Shown: positions 27,379 to 35,622 of the stretch, in pieces
Layout of the letters: every line of letters starts with the position of its first letter
Numbering within the stretch: position 1 is the first letter of the stretch
Assembly (NCBI GenBank): GCA_022340585.1
Contig: JAJDNS010000037.1
Coordinates: forward strand, 4,834 to 68,833
DNA: 64,000 nt
Direction of reading: 5' to 3'
Source of the DNA: Acidobacteriota bacterium
GTDB lineage: Bacteria > Acidobacteriota > Vicinamibacteria > Fen-336
Notes under the pieces: generated by a model
The model's database searches: none
Seen by the model: the letters and a program-made list of their open reading frames with translations, nothing else
Told to the model about the DNA's origin: nothing
Program-made: the position numbers and the translations under genes

Positions 27379-28260
27379 GTGAAGTGGCTTCAGGTGCAGG
27401 GCGACGAAGGGCCGCGTCTGGGGGTTCTCCGCGAGGACCGCGTGCTGTTCCTCCGAGAGGCCCGCGACGGCGTCCTCACGACCCTCGATCTGCTCGAGGC
27501 CCAGGAGGAGCGTGACCTGGACCCCGGTGACTGGCTCGCGGCCGCCGAGAGCGCGGGGGCCTTCTCGGAGGTGGGCTGGACCGAGCTCAGCGACGGGACC
27601 GGGGGCCGCCTCGCCTGTCCGGTGACTCCGCCGGAGGTCTGGGGCGCCGGAGTGACCTACCGGCGCAGCGCGGACTTCCGCGAGGAGGGGACCGGTTTCT
27701 ACGATCGCGTCTACGATGCCGACCGGCCCGAGCTGTTCTTCAAGGCCTCGTCCTGGCGGTGCTCGGCGCCCGGAGAGCCCATCGGCCGCCGCCACGACTC
27801 GACCTTCACCGCCTCCGAGCCGGAGCTCGCCCTCGTGCTGGGACGCCGGGGGACCATCCTCGGCTTCACCCTCGCCAACGACGTCTCGGCCTGGGACATC
27901 GAGCGCGACAACCCCCTCTACCTTCCCCAGTCCAAGATCTACCGCGGGTGCTTCTCCTTCGGTCCGGTCATCGTCACCCCCGACGAGGTGGCGGACCCCC
28001 ACCACCTGACCATGATCTGTCGCATTCTGCGCGGCGGAGAGGAGGTCTTCTTCGGCGAGACGAGCACCGAGCGTCTCAAGCGACGGTTCGCGGAGCTCGT
28101 GCAGTGGCTGCTCCGGAGCAACGACATCGCCACCGGGACGGTGCTCTCCACCGGGACCGGGATCATCCAGCCCCTGGATGTCGGACTCGAGGAGGGGGAC
28201 GTCGTCGAGATCTCCTGTCCCGAGATCGGGACTCTCGTCAACCCCGTGGCCACGGTCTAG
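27379..28260 (+). CDS. fumarylacetoacetate hydrolase (FAH) family protein
   Basis: FAH-fold motifs in the C-terminal half (ELALVLGRRG, GFTLANDVSAWDIE, LSTGTGIIQPLDVGLEEGDVVEI). GTG at 27379. Confidence 0.78.
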   Translation: MKWLQVQGDEGPRLGVLREDRVLFLREARDGVLTTLDLLEAQEERDLDPGDWLAAAESAGAFSEVGWTELSDGTGGRLACPVTPPEVWGAGVTYRRSADFREEGTGFYDRVYDADRPELFFKASSWRCSAPGEPIGRRHDSTFTASEPELALVLGRRGTILGFTLANDVSAWDIERDNPLYLPQSKIYRGCFSFGPVIVTPDEVADPHHLTMICRILRGGEEVFFGETSTERLKRRFAELVQWLLRSNDIATGTVLSTGTGIIQPLDVGLEEGDVVEISCPEIGTLVNPVATV

Positions 28261-28293
28261 CCGCGTGCGACGAGCCCCGGGGCGCGAGCGGCC

Positions 28294-29631
28294 ATGAGCC
28301 AGGTTGAGGCCCTTCGGTCGCCCCCTCGCACCCTGCGCGAGATGGTCGCGTACCTCGGACCGGGCCTGATCATCTCGGCCAACATCGTGGGCTCCGGCGA
28401 GCTCATCGTCACGACCCAGCTCGGAGCGAAGGCCGGCTTCGCGCTCCTGTGGTTCATCATCTTCAGCTGCCTGATCAAGGTCTTCGTGCAGATCGAGCTG
28501 GGCCGCTACGCGGTTTCCGAGGGGGTGACGACCCTGGTCGCCCTCGATCGTCTCCCCGGCCCCCGCGCCGTCGTCTCCTGGATCCTCTGGCTGTGGGTGG
28601 TGATGTACGTGGGCACTCTGTTCCAGATGTCCGGGATGGTGGGCGGGATCGCGTCGTTGTTCGCCACCCGGGGAGAGGTCTGGGCGCACACGGTCTGGAC
28701 GCTGATCCCCGCCGCCGCGTGCGCGCTGATCCTCAGCCGCGGACGGTACGGTCCCGTCGAGAAGGTCTCGACGCTGCTGGTCGTCACGTTCACGCTGGTG
28801 ACGATGGCGGCGGTGGTCGCGCTCTACTGGACGCCGTACCGGATCGGAGTCGACGAGATCCGGCACGGGCTCAGCCTCCATCGCCCCGACTCCTTCACCA
28901 CCGCCTTCGCCGCGTTCGGGGTGACCGGGATGGGGGCGTCCGAGCTCATCTTCTACCCGTACTGGTGCCTCGAGAAGGGCTACGCGCGCTTCGTCGGGCC
29001 GAGGGACGCCTCCGCGGAGTGGCTCGACCGGGCGCAGGGTTGGCTGCGGATGATGCGCGTGGATGCCTGGCTCTCGATGGTCATCTACACCCTCGGCACG
29101 ATCTGCTTCTACCTTCTCGGTGCGGCGGTCCTGCACGCGACGGGACAGGAGGTGAGCGGGGATCAGATGGTGCCGGCGCTCTCGAGCATGTACGTGGGGG
29201 CGTTCGGCCCGGCCGGCGGGTACATCTTCCTGATCGGGGCCTTCGCCGTTCTCTTCTCCACCGTCTTCGTCTCGACCGCCTCGAACGCGCGCCTGTTTGC
29301 CGACGGAGCGGTGCTGCTTCGTCCCTCCCGCTCCTCGTCCCCCGAGCAGCGGGCTCGCCTCGTCCGGGCCGCGTGCGTGGGGATCCCGGTCTTCCTGGTG
29401 ATCGTCTACATGGTGGTCGGAGCGCCGGTCTACCTGGTGATGGTGGGGGCACTCGCCCAGGCGCTGATGCTGCCGTTCCTCGCCTTCGCCGCCCTCTACA
29501 TGCGCTACCGCCTCACCACCGAGAGCCTGCGACCAGGCCGGGCGTGGACCCTGCTGCTGTGGGTCGCCTTCGCGTCAATGACCGCGGTGGGGCTGTATCA
29601 GTTCGGGCGGCAGCTCACCCTCTGGGGGTGA
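28294..29631 (+). CDS. Nramp-family divalent metal (Mn2+/Fe2+) transporter
   Basis: 445 aa with 11 transmembrane helices. Nramp signature at the N-terminus (YLGPGLIISANIVGSGELIVTTQLGAKAGFALLW). Confidence 0.85.
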   Translation: MSQVEALRSPPRTLREMVAYLGPGLIISANIVGSGELIVTTQLGAKAGFALLWFIIFSCLIKVFVQIELGRYAVSEGVTTLVALDRLPGPRAVVSWILWLWVVMYVGTLFQMSGMVGGIASLFATRGEVWAHTVWTLIPAAACALILSRGRYGPVEKVSTLLVVTFTLVTMAAVVALYWTPYRIGVDEIRHGLSLHRPDSFTTAFAAFGVTGMGASELIFYPYWCLEKGYARFVGPRDASAEWLDRAQGWLRMMRVDAWLSMVIYTLGTICFYLLGAAVLHATGQEVSGDQMVPALSSMYVGAFGPAGGYIFLIGAFAVLFSTVFVSTASNARLFADGAVLLRPSRSSSPEQRARLVRAACVGIPVFLVIVYMVVGAPVYLVMVGALAQALMLPFLAFAALYMRYRLTTESLRPGRAWTLLLWVAFASMTAVGLYQFGRQLTLWG

Positions 29632-29643
29632 GCCGCCGCTGGC

Positions 29644-31005
29644 TCAGGAGCCGGACGCGCGGGACAGGTCCCGCTCGTCGAGTCGCCGGCAACCCTCGAG
29701 AAGGATCTGATCGAAGCCTTCCCCGATGGGCTGCCCGTCGACCGAATGGGCGGGTGTGAACTGGAACTGGCCTCGGGGCCAGGTGAGCAGCGTGAACACG
29801 ATCTCTTCCGGCCGGTTGTCGCTACCGTTGGACCGGATGAGGTGCACGCCCCCGGCCCCGACGATCTCGCCGCTTCGGAACGTCACCTTGACCTGCTGGG
29901 GTCCATGTCGGACCAGGAGGGTGCCGGTGAGCTGGTTCAGGTGGCAGACCTGCAGCAGGCCGGCCGCCCCCACGAGCTCGACGCTCCCGCGGAACCCGGT
30001 GCCGGGCTGGGCCCCGGGCCGGAGGTCCTTGTACCGCTTCAGGATCAGCTCGAGTCGGATGACGAGCTCGCGGATCGTGATGGGCTTGACCAGGTAGTCG
30101 TCGGCGCCCAGTTGGAGTCCGGCGTAGCGCTTGTCTGGCTCGTCCCAGTCCGACAGGAAGGCCAGTGGCGTGCGGCGGAGCAGCCCGTGGCTCCGGATGC
30201 GGGCGCACAGGTCGAAGCCGCTCTGGTCGGGCAGGTCGACCTCGGAGAGGATGAGCCAGGGGCGTCGGGCGATGGCCAGCTGGAGGGCCTCCGCCGACGA
30301 CGAGGCCTCGTACACCACGAAGCCGTGCTCGGCCAGCACCCCTCGCACGAAGCGCCGGTACGCCAGATCGGGATCCACCAGGAGCGCGGTGCGGAGGGGC
30401 TTGGGGACGGTCTCGAAGGGCCGGTAGCGAATCCCGTTCGCCCACTCCGTCTCGGTGTCGATGGGAGTCCCTTCCTCGGCCTCCTGCCTCTGCTCGTCTC
30501 GCAGCAGGGCCGGCTCCACCACGTCACGGAACACCGTGTCGAGCCCCTTGACCAGGGCGTCGGGCTTCGAGGCCTTGGGCAGGTAGTCGATCAGCCCGAA
30601 GCGACAGGCCGGGTCGCGTCGGCTGCCATCGCCCCGGGCCCGCAGCAGGAACAGCGGAAACCGGGCGCAGGACGAGTCGCTGTGCAGCGCCCGAAGGACT
30701 GCGTAGCCCTCGGTACCCTGCGGTGGCGCCTCCCGGGGCGTGGGGTCGCCCTGCCGCCGTTGCCAGCGGGGCACGTGCTCGAGGGCGCCGAGGTTGAGAT
30801 CCACGGCCAGCACATCGGCGGCTCCGACCCGGGCGAGCTTCTCCGCGGCGGCGGGGTCGTGAGTGACGACTGCCCAGTAGTCCTCGCGGCGCAGGAGCAA
30901 TTCGGTGGCCTGCCCGCTCGAGGCCTCGCCGTCGACGACCAGAACGCGCCGAGAGACACGACCGTTACTGAGTTGGGGTGTGGGGTGAGTCCTCTCTTCC
31001 CGCAC
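29644..31005 (-). CDS. response regulator with two receiver domains and C-terminal DUF4388 domain
   Basis: REC1 (RVLVVDGEA...VLAVDLNLG) and REC2 (TALLVDPDLAYRRF...WLILSEVDLPDQSGFDL...DYLVKP), then a DUF4388-like domain (SVELVGAAGLLQVCHLNQLTGTLLV). Confidence 0.75.
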   Translation of the reverse strand: MREERTHPTPQLSNGRVSRRVLVVDGEASSGQATELLLRREDYWAVVTHDPAAAEKLARVGAADVLAVDLNLGALEHVPRWQRRQGDPTPREAPPQGTEGYAVLRALHSDSSCARFPLFLLRARGDGSRRDPACRFGLIDYLPKASKPDALVKGLDTVFRDVVEPALLRDEQRQEAEEGTPIDTETEWANGIRYRPFETVPKPLRTALLVDPDLAYRRFVRGVLAEHGFVVYEASSSAEALQLAIARRPWLILSEVDLPDQSGFDLCARIRSHGLLRRTPLAFLSDWDEPDKRYAGLQLGADDYLVKPITIRELVIRLELILKRYKDLRPGAQPGTGFRGSVELVGAAGLLQVCHLNQLTGTLLVRHGPQQVKVTFRSGEIVGAGGVHLIRSNGSDNRPEEIVFTLLTWPRGQFQFTPAHSVDGQPIGEGFDQILLEGCRRLDERDLSRASGS

Positions 31006-31317
31006 GATCGTCTCCAGTCACACACGTGGCCTGAAGGGCAGCGGGGGGAGGGACCCCAACTGTACCGGGTAGCGACCCCGGAGCCATCAACTACATGAGA
31101 ACCAGAGCACCTCGCGTTGCCGCCACGCCGAAGCGGGAAGACACGCGCGCAGCAATTCAAACTCAGGAACCCCGATCATTTCCCAAGAAACGCAGCGGAG
31201 TCAACAGAAAAATCGTTGCCTTGCCTGCGTAACGTACGGGCGGTAAACACTTTGCGTGGCCGGGATACTCCCCCGGGCGAAGAAACCCCCTCGGACGAGC
31301 TCCGACGTGCGGCCCTC

Positions 31318-32097
31318 TCACCGGCCGGAACGGGGAGCGAGCCTGCGCTTGAGGTCGTAGGAATACAGGCCGAGAGCCGTCCAGATGCAGGCGAAGGCCG
31401 CCAGGTGGGTGGCGTCGAAGGGCTCACCGAACACCGCCACCGCCAGGATGAAGTGCCCCGTAGGGGTCATGTACTGAAGGAAACCCACTGTCGCGAGGGT
31501 CAGCTTCCGGATGCCGTCGGCAAAGAAGAGGAGGGGAACGACGGTCACCGGTCCCGCCGCCGCGAGCAGCAGGGTGGTCGTCAGGTCCCCGGCGGCAAAG
31601 GCCCCGTCCCCCCTCACCCGGAGCCAGGAGAGGTAGCCCACGGTCACCGGCGTGAGGAGTGCGATCTCCACGAGGAGACCGAGCATCGGCGGCGCGTCGG
31701 CCACCTTGCGCACCAGGCCGTAGGTGCCGAACGAGAACGCCAGGGCGAGGGAGATCCACGGCAGCCCGTGCCGGGCGGTCAGGAGCAGGACGCCGCCGGC
31801 GGCCAGGGCCACCGCCGCCCATTGCGGCCTCCGCAGGCGCTCACCGAGGAAGACGAAACCGAGGAACACGCTGACCAGGGGGTTGATGTAGTAACCGAGG
31901 CTCGAGTCGAGGACCCGGTCGTGGCTGACGGCCCAGAGGAAGCAGAGCCAGTTGACGGTGATGAGCAGGGTGGAGGCGAGCAGCAGCCACCGAGTGCGGG
32001 AGGAGCCGAGGACCCGAACGAGCTCGCGGCCCCGGCGGCCGACGGCCACGAGGACCAGCAGGCAGGGCAGCGACCAGGCGATGCGGTGGGCCAGCAC
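31318..32097 (-). CDS. rarD: EamA/RarD-family DMT transporter (N-terminus probably extends to about 32211 with a non-canonical start)
   Basis: RarD-like motifs (RIAWSLPCLLVLVA, GYYINPLVSVFLGFVFLGERL). The track start at 32097 (GTG) leaves out an in-frame, RarD-like 38-aa N-terminal helix (GAFAFWGFIPLYWKLL) that has no ATG/GTG/TTG. Confidence 0.7.
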   Translation of the reverse strand: MLAHRIAWSLPCLLVLVAVGRRGRELVRVLGSSRTRWLLLASTLLITVNWLCFLWAVSHDRVLDSSLGYYINPLVSVFLGFVFLGERLRRPQWAAVALAAGGVLLLTARHGLPWISLALAFSFGTYGLVRKVADAPPMLGLLVEIALLTPVTVGYLSWLRVRGDGAFAAGDLTTTLLLAAAGPVTVVPLLFFADGIRKLTLATVGFLQYMTPTGHFILAVAVFGEPFDATHLAAFACIWTALGLYSYDLKRRLAPRSGR

Positions 32098-32207
32098 CTC
32101 CGTCGCCGGAAGGTGGGCGAGGAGCTTCCAGTAGAGCGGGATGAAGCCCCAGAAGGCGAAGGCGCCGGCGGTGGCGGCCAGGCCCTGGGCGGTGTCCCGG
32201 TTGGCGG

Positions 32208-32744
32208 TCAGGTCTCGTCCTCGTCCCGCAGGACGTGGGCCTCAAACTCCTTGATAAACGTCAGGCTCTTCATGTCGGCCATGCGGTCGAGGTAGACCTG
32301 GCCGTCGAGGTGGTCGCACTCGTGCTGGATGACGCGGGCGAAGAAGTCGGAGGCCTCCAGGGTGAACGGCTTTCCGTGGCGGTCGAGGGCCTCGAGCTTG
32401 AGGTGCTTGATCCGGGGGACGACACCCCGCAGGTCCGGGATCGACAGGCAGCCCTCCCAGCCGCTCTCAACCTGGTCGCCGAGGGGAGTGATCGTCGGGT
32501 TCGCGAGGACCGTGAACGGGACCTCCTCCTGCGATTCGGAGCCGGGCACCTCCAGGACGGCGAGGCGCAGGCCCACGTGGACCTGGGGCCCGGCCACGCC
32601 CACACCCTCGTACTCGTACATGGTCTCCTGCATGTCGTCGATCAGCTTCTGGAAGGCGGGGTCGCCGAAGGCCTTCCGCGGCACCGGCTTCGCCTCCGCG
32701 CGGATGATCGGGTGCCCGATGCGGGCGATCTTGAGAATCGACAT
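32208..32744 (-). CDS. def: peptide deformylase
   Basis: Def motifs GVGVAGPQV, EGCLSIPD and QHECDHLDG. Confidence 0.92.
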   Translation of the reverse strand: MSILKIARIGHPIIRAEAKPVPRKAFGDPAFQKLIDDMQETMYEYEGVGVAGPQVHVGLRLAVLEVPGSESQEEVPFTVLANPTITPLGDQVESGWEGCLSIPDLRGVVPRIKHLKLEALDRHGKPFTLEASDFFARVIQHECDHLDGQVYLDRMADMKSLTFIKEFEAHVLRDEDET

Positions 32745-32753
32745 GTTCTCTCC

Positions 32754-33635
32754 CTACTCGTAGAAGGCGTAGCGGTCGCCGGCCACAACCTCGATGACCT
32801 GGATGGACTCTTCCCGCAGGATCTGCATGCCCACGACCACGCCGGGGCCCTTGCGCCACAGGACGTCGTAGAGCTCTCGGAGGCTCGTGACCGTGTCGCC
32901 GTCCACCGACAGGATGACGTCACCACGCTCGAGGCCGGCCTTCTCGGCCGGCCCTCCCGACACCACCCCGGTGACGGTCACCGTCTCGTCGTGGGCCTGG
33001 GTGTAGAAGCCGATCCAGGCGTGCCTCTCGGTGGCCGGCATCGGCCGGGAGCTCTCGAGGAGCGCACGGCGTCGAGCGAACAGGGGGGCGGGGATGGCGA
33101 GGCTGTAGCGGCCCACCGCGGCGAGCCCGAGCGACACGATCCCGAGCACCCGCGCGCGATTGTCGAGGAGAGGGCCGCCGGCCAGCCCGGGGTTCATGGC
33201 GGTGGTCATGATCGCCTCGTCGAGCATGTACTCCCAGAACGCCTCGAAGGGCTCGACCGACGAGACGTGGCCACTGGCTCCCCGCCGTTCCTGCTCGCCG
33301 GTGCAGGTGAGGAGGAAGACGGGCTGACCGAGCCGCACCCCATCCGTGGAGATCCTCGCCGGCTCGAGGTCAGACCGCTCCACCGTGAGAAGGGCGAGGC
33401 CGCTCTCGTGGTCGACGGTGATTCCCGAGGTCGGGTTGACCCGCCCGTCGAGGGCCGTGACCTCCACGCGGGATGCGCCGAGGACCAGGTAGTGAGCGGT
33501 GAGAACACGTTCGGGGCTCACCGCGACCCCGGCCCCCATCCGCTCTTCGCCCAGGACGGCGGCCGAGGGGTGGCTCTCGGGGATCTCTGCGCGCAGGAAG
33601 ACCAGAGAGGCAGCGGCCAGGCGCGGGATGGTCAC
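32754..33635 (-). CDS. HtrA/DegP-like trypsin-fold protein with PDZ domain (predicted catalytically inactive)
   Basis: C-terminal 293 aa of ORF 32754..33923 (GTG at 33635; signal-peptide-like TIPRLAAASLVFL). Trypsin-fold blocks GAGVAVSPERVLTAHYLVLG and MNPGLAGGPLLDNRARVLGIV where GNSGGPL is expected. C-terminal PDZ (GVVSGGPAEKAGLERGDVILSVDGDTV). Confidence 0.7.
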   Translation of the reverse strand: MTIPRLAAASLVFLRAEIPESHPSAAVLGEERMGAGVAVSPERVLTAHYLVLGASRVEVTALDGRVNPTSGITVDHESGLALLTVERSDLEPARISTDGVRLGQPVFLLTCTGEQERRGASGHVSSVEPFEAFWEYMLDEAIMTTAMNPGLAGGPLLDNRARVLGIVSLGLAAVGRYSLAIPAPLFARRRALLESSRPMPATERHAWIGFYTQAHDETVTVTGVVSGGPAEKAGLERGDVILSVDGDTVTSLRELYDVLWRKGPGVVVGMQILREESIQVIEVVAGDRYAFYE

Positions 33636-33675
33636 CGGTGCGTCCGTTGGGGCCTCCGTGCAGTCGAAGGTGTGA

Positions 33676-34377
33676 TTATAGGGTGCGTGGCGGTCCGGGC
33701 AGGAGGAGGGGGAGCAACTCCCGCAGGTTCTCGACCCGGCGCCGTGGCCGACGTCCGGCCCTGGGCCGTCCCCGGTCCATCCAGCAGAACCGCATCCCCG
33801 CCGCGGTGGCCGCCCCGCCGTCGGTGGTCGGATCGTCTCCGACGTAGAGGGCGTGTCGGGCTGGAGCTCCCAGGGCACCGAGGGCCACGTGGAGGATCCG
33901 GGGATCGGGCTTCGCAAAGCCACAGCCCTGGGAGGTCACCACCACCTCGAAGAGGGGGGCCAGGCCCGAGACCGCGAGGCGCGAGCGCTGCACGCGGTCG
34001 ATCCCGTTGGTGACGACGCCCAGCCGATACTGCTTCCGGAGCTGAAGCAGCACGGGTCGGCAGCCGGGCAGGCGGTCTCCTCGCCGGGCGAGGTGATCCA
34101 GGTAGGTCTCCCCCAGGCGGCGGGCGGCCCGGGGTTGGGCTCCCATCTCCTTCAGCAGCTGCCGGAAGCGCTCCCGGGCGAGGGCGGGCTGGGAGATCTC
34201 CCCCCGACGGTAGGCCGCCCACAGCAGGTCGTTGATCCGGCGGTAGGCGCCGTGAGCGGCCGGCGAGTACGAAAGCCCGAGCGCCCGCAGCGCCCCCTTC
34301 AGGGCAGCGCGCTCGGCCCGGTCGTAGTCGAGAAGGGTGTGATCGAGGTCGAAGAGAACGACGCGAAGGCGGTGCAG
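33676..34377 (-). CDS. HAD-superfamily hydrolase (start uncertain: no canonical initiator upstream of the HAD motif I)
   Basis: The in-frame N-terminal extension of ORF 33676..34146 encodes HRLRVVLFDLDHTLLDY (HAD motif I). Other motifs: VVTNG, GFAKPDP, YVGDDPTTDGGAATAAGM. The only start codon 5' of motif I is CTG at 34375..34377, 4 nt after the infA stop; the ATG at 34146 would remove motif I. Confidence 0.6.
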   Translation of the reverse strand: MHRLRVVLFDLDHTLLDYDRAERAALKGALRALGLSYSPAAHGAYRRINDLLWAAYRRGEISQPALARERFRQLLKEMGAQPRAARRLGETYLDHLARRGDRLPGCRPVLLQLRKQYRLGVVTNGIDRVQRSRLAVSGLAPLFEVVVTSQGCGFAKPDPRILHVALGALGAPARHALYVGDDPTTDGGAATAAGMRFCWMDRGRPRAGRRPRRRVENLRELLPLLLPGPPRTL

Positions 34378-34381
34378 CGGC

Positions 34382-34600
34382 CTACTTGGCGCGGTAGGTG
34401 ATGAGCCCGCGCTTGAGGTCGTAGGGGGAGACCCCCACCGTCACGCGGTCGCCTTCGATCACCCGGATGCGGAACTGCCGCATCTTCCCGTTCAGCCGGC
34501 CCAGCACCTCGTGGTTTTCGCTGATCTTGATCTTGTAGTTCCCGCCTGCGTACACGTCCGTCACGACTCCCTGCAGCTCGATGAGATCGTCCTTGGCCAT
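34382..34600 (-). CDS. infA: translation initiation factor IF-1
   Basis: 72-aa near-consensus IF-1 (MAKDDLIELQGVVTDVYAGGNYKIKISENHEVLGRLNGKMRQFRIRVIEGDRVTVGVSPYDLKRGLITYRAK). Confidence 0.95.
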   Translation of the reverse strand: MAKDDLIELQGVVTDVYAGGNYKIKISENHEVLGRLNGKMRQFRIRVIEGDRVTVGVSPYDLKRGLITYRAK

Positions 34601-34664
34601 CCACACTCCTCAGTAACGTCACCGGTCACGTGGACCGGCGTTCAACTAACTCCCCATTATCCGC

Positions 34665-35498
34665 TCACTTGCCGGTGCGCGTCCAGTCCACGAGGCCCGG
34701 CCGTGTGGCCGGCTGGCATCGCGGGCAGAACCACGCGTCCATGCCCCGGACCCCGGCGGTGCGGATCTTCGATCCACAACGCGGACAGGTCTGCTTCCGA
34801 CGGACCTTCAGGAAGTCCCGGACCTTGACCTCGATGGGCTCGGCGCGACCGTCGACCTCCGCCACCGCTTCCTCCATCACCTTGACGATCGCCGCATGGA
34901 GTCGCACTCCGTCGTCGTGGGAGAGCTTCCGGCAGAAGGTCTTGGGGTGTATTCCGGCCTCGAACAGCACCTCGTCGGCGTAGGCATTGCCCAGGCTGTC
35001 GAGGGCCTTCTTGTCCAGGAGGAAGACCCGCACCTGGTCTCGCCGGTGCCTGAGGAGGCTCACGAAGCGCTCGGGCGTGAACCCGGGAGAGAGGATGTCC
35101 ACGCCTCCGGTCTGCATGCCGGGGATCGCCTTCCAGTCGTCGGTGGCGATCAGACAGGCCTTGCCCATCTTCTTGTCGTCGAGGTACCGGAGCTCGACCT
35201 CCCCGAAGCCCAGGGCGAACCCGAGCGATTTCTCGTCGGGCTCTCCGGGCTCGGCCAGCCGGAAGCGCCCCGCGAGCATGGGGTTCACCGCGAGGTCGAG
35301 CCCGTCGAAGCGGAAGACGATGAAGTGCGACCTCCGGACGGCGTCGGCCAGGGCTCGGCCGAGGAGGAGCGAGAGGTTGCCCTGGACGGCGAAGCGCAGG
35401 ACGACCGGCTCACCCACGCGCTCGGCCGTCACCACCTGGCCGAGGAGGCGTTCGCGCAGCCGCGAGAGGATGTAAAGCAGGTCAGGGAGCTCCGGCAT
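34665..35498 (-). CDS. mutM: formamidopyrimidine-DNA glycosylase (Fpg/Nei family)
   Basis: N-terminal MPELPDL (catalytic Pro2/Glu3), H2TH domain, and the C-terminal zinc finger CPRCGSKIRTAGVRGMDAWFCPRCQ. Confidence 0.88.
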   Translation of the reverse strand: MPELPDLLYILSRLRERLLGQVVTAERVGEPVVLRFAVQGNLSLLLGRALADAVRRSHFIVFRFDGLDLAVNPMLAGRFRLAEPGEPDEKSLGFALGFGEVELRYLDDKKMGKACLIATDDWKAIPGMQTGGVDILSPGFTPERFVSLLRHRRDQVRVFLLDKKALDSLGNAYADEVLFEAGIHPKTFCRKLSHDDGVRLHAAIVKVMEEAVAEVDGRAEPIEVKVRDFLKVRRKQTCPRCGSKIRTAGVRGMDAWFCPRCQPATRPGLVDWTRTGK

Positions 35499-35622
35499 CC
35501 CTCGTCCCTCCCGAGGACCGAACCGGCCTGCGGCCGGCTGCCTTGGCAGGCCTGGATTCTAGCCCCCTCGACGGCCAACTTCGATAGAATCGTGCAAACG
35601 ATTCCACTCGCGGGAGACGAAA

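Noticed and set aside
27178-29136. Upstream 650 aa of the 911-aa minus-strand ORF that ends in the SDR
   Set aside because: Antisense to the FAH and Nramp genes and compositionally low-complexity. SDR homology begins at the GTG near 27177.
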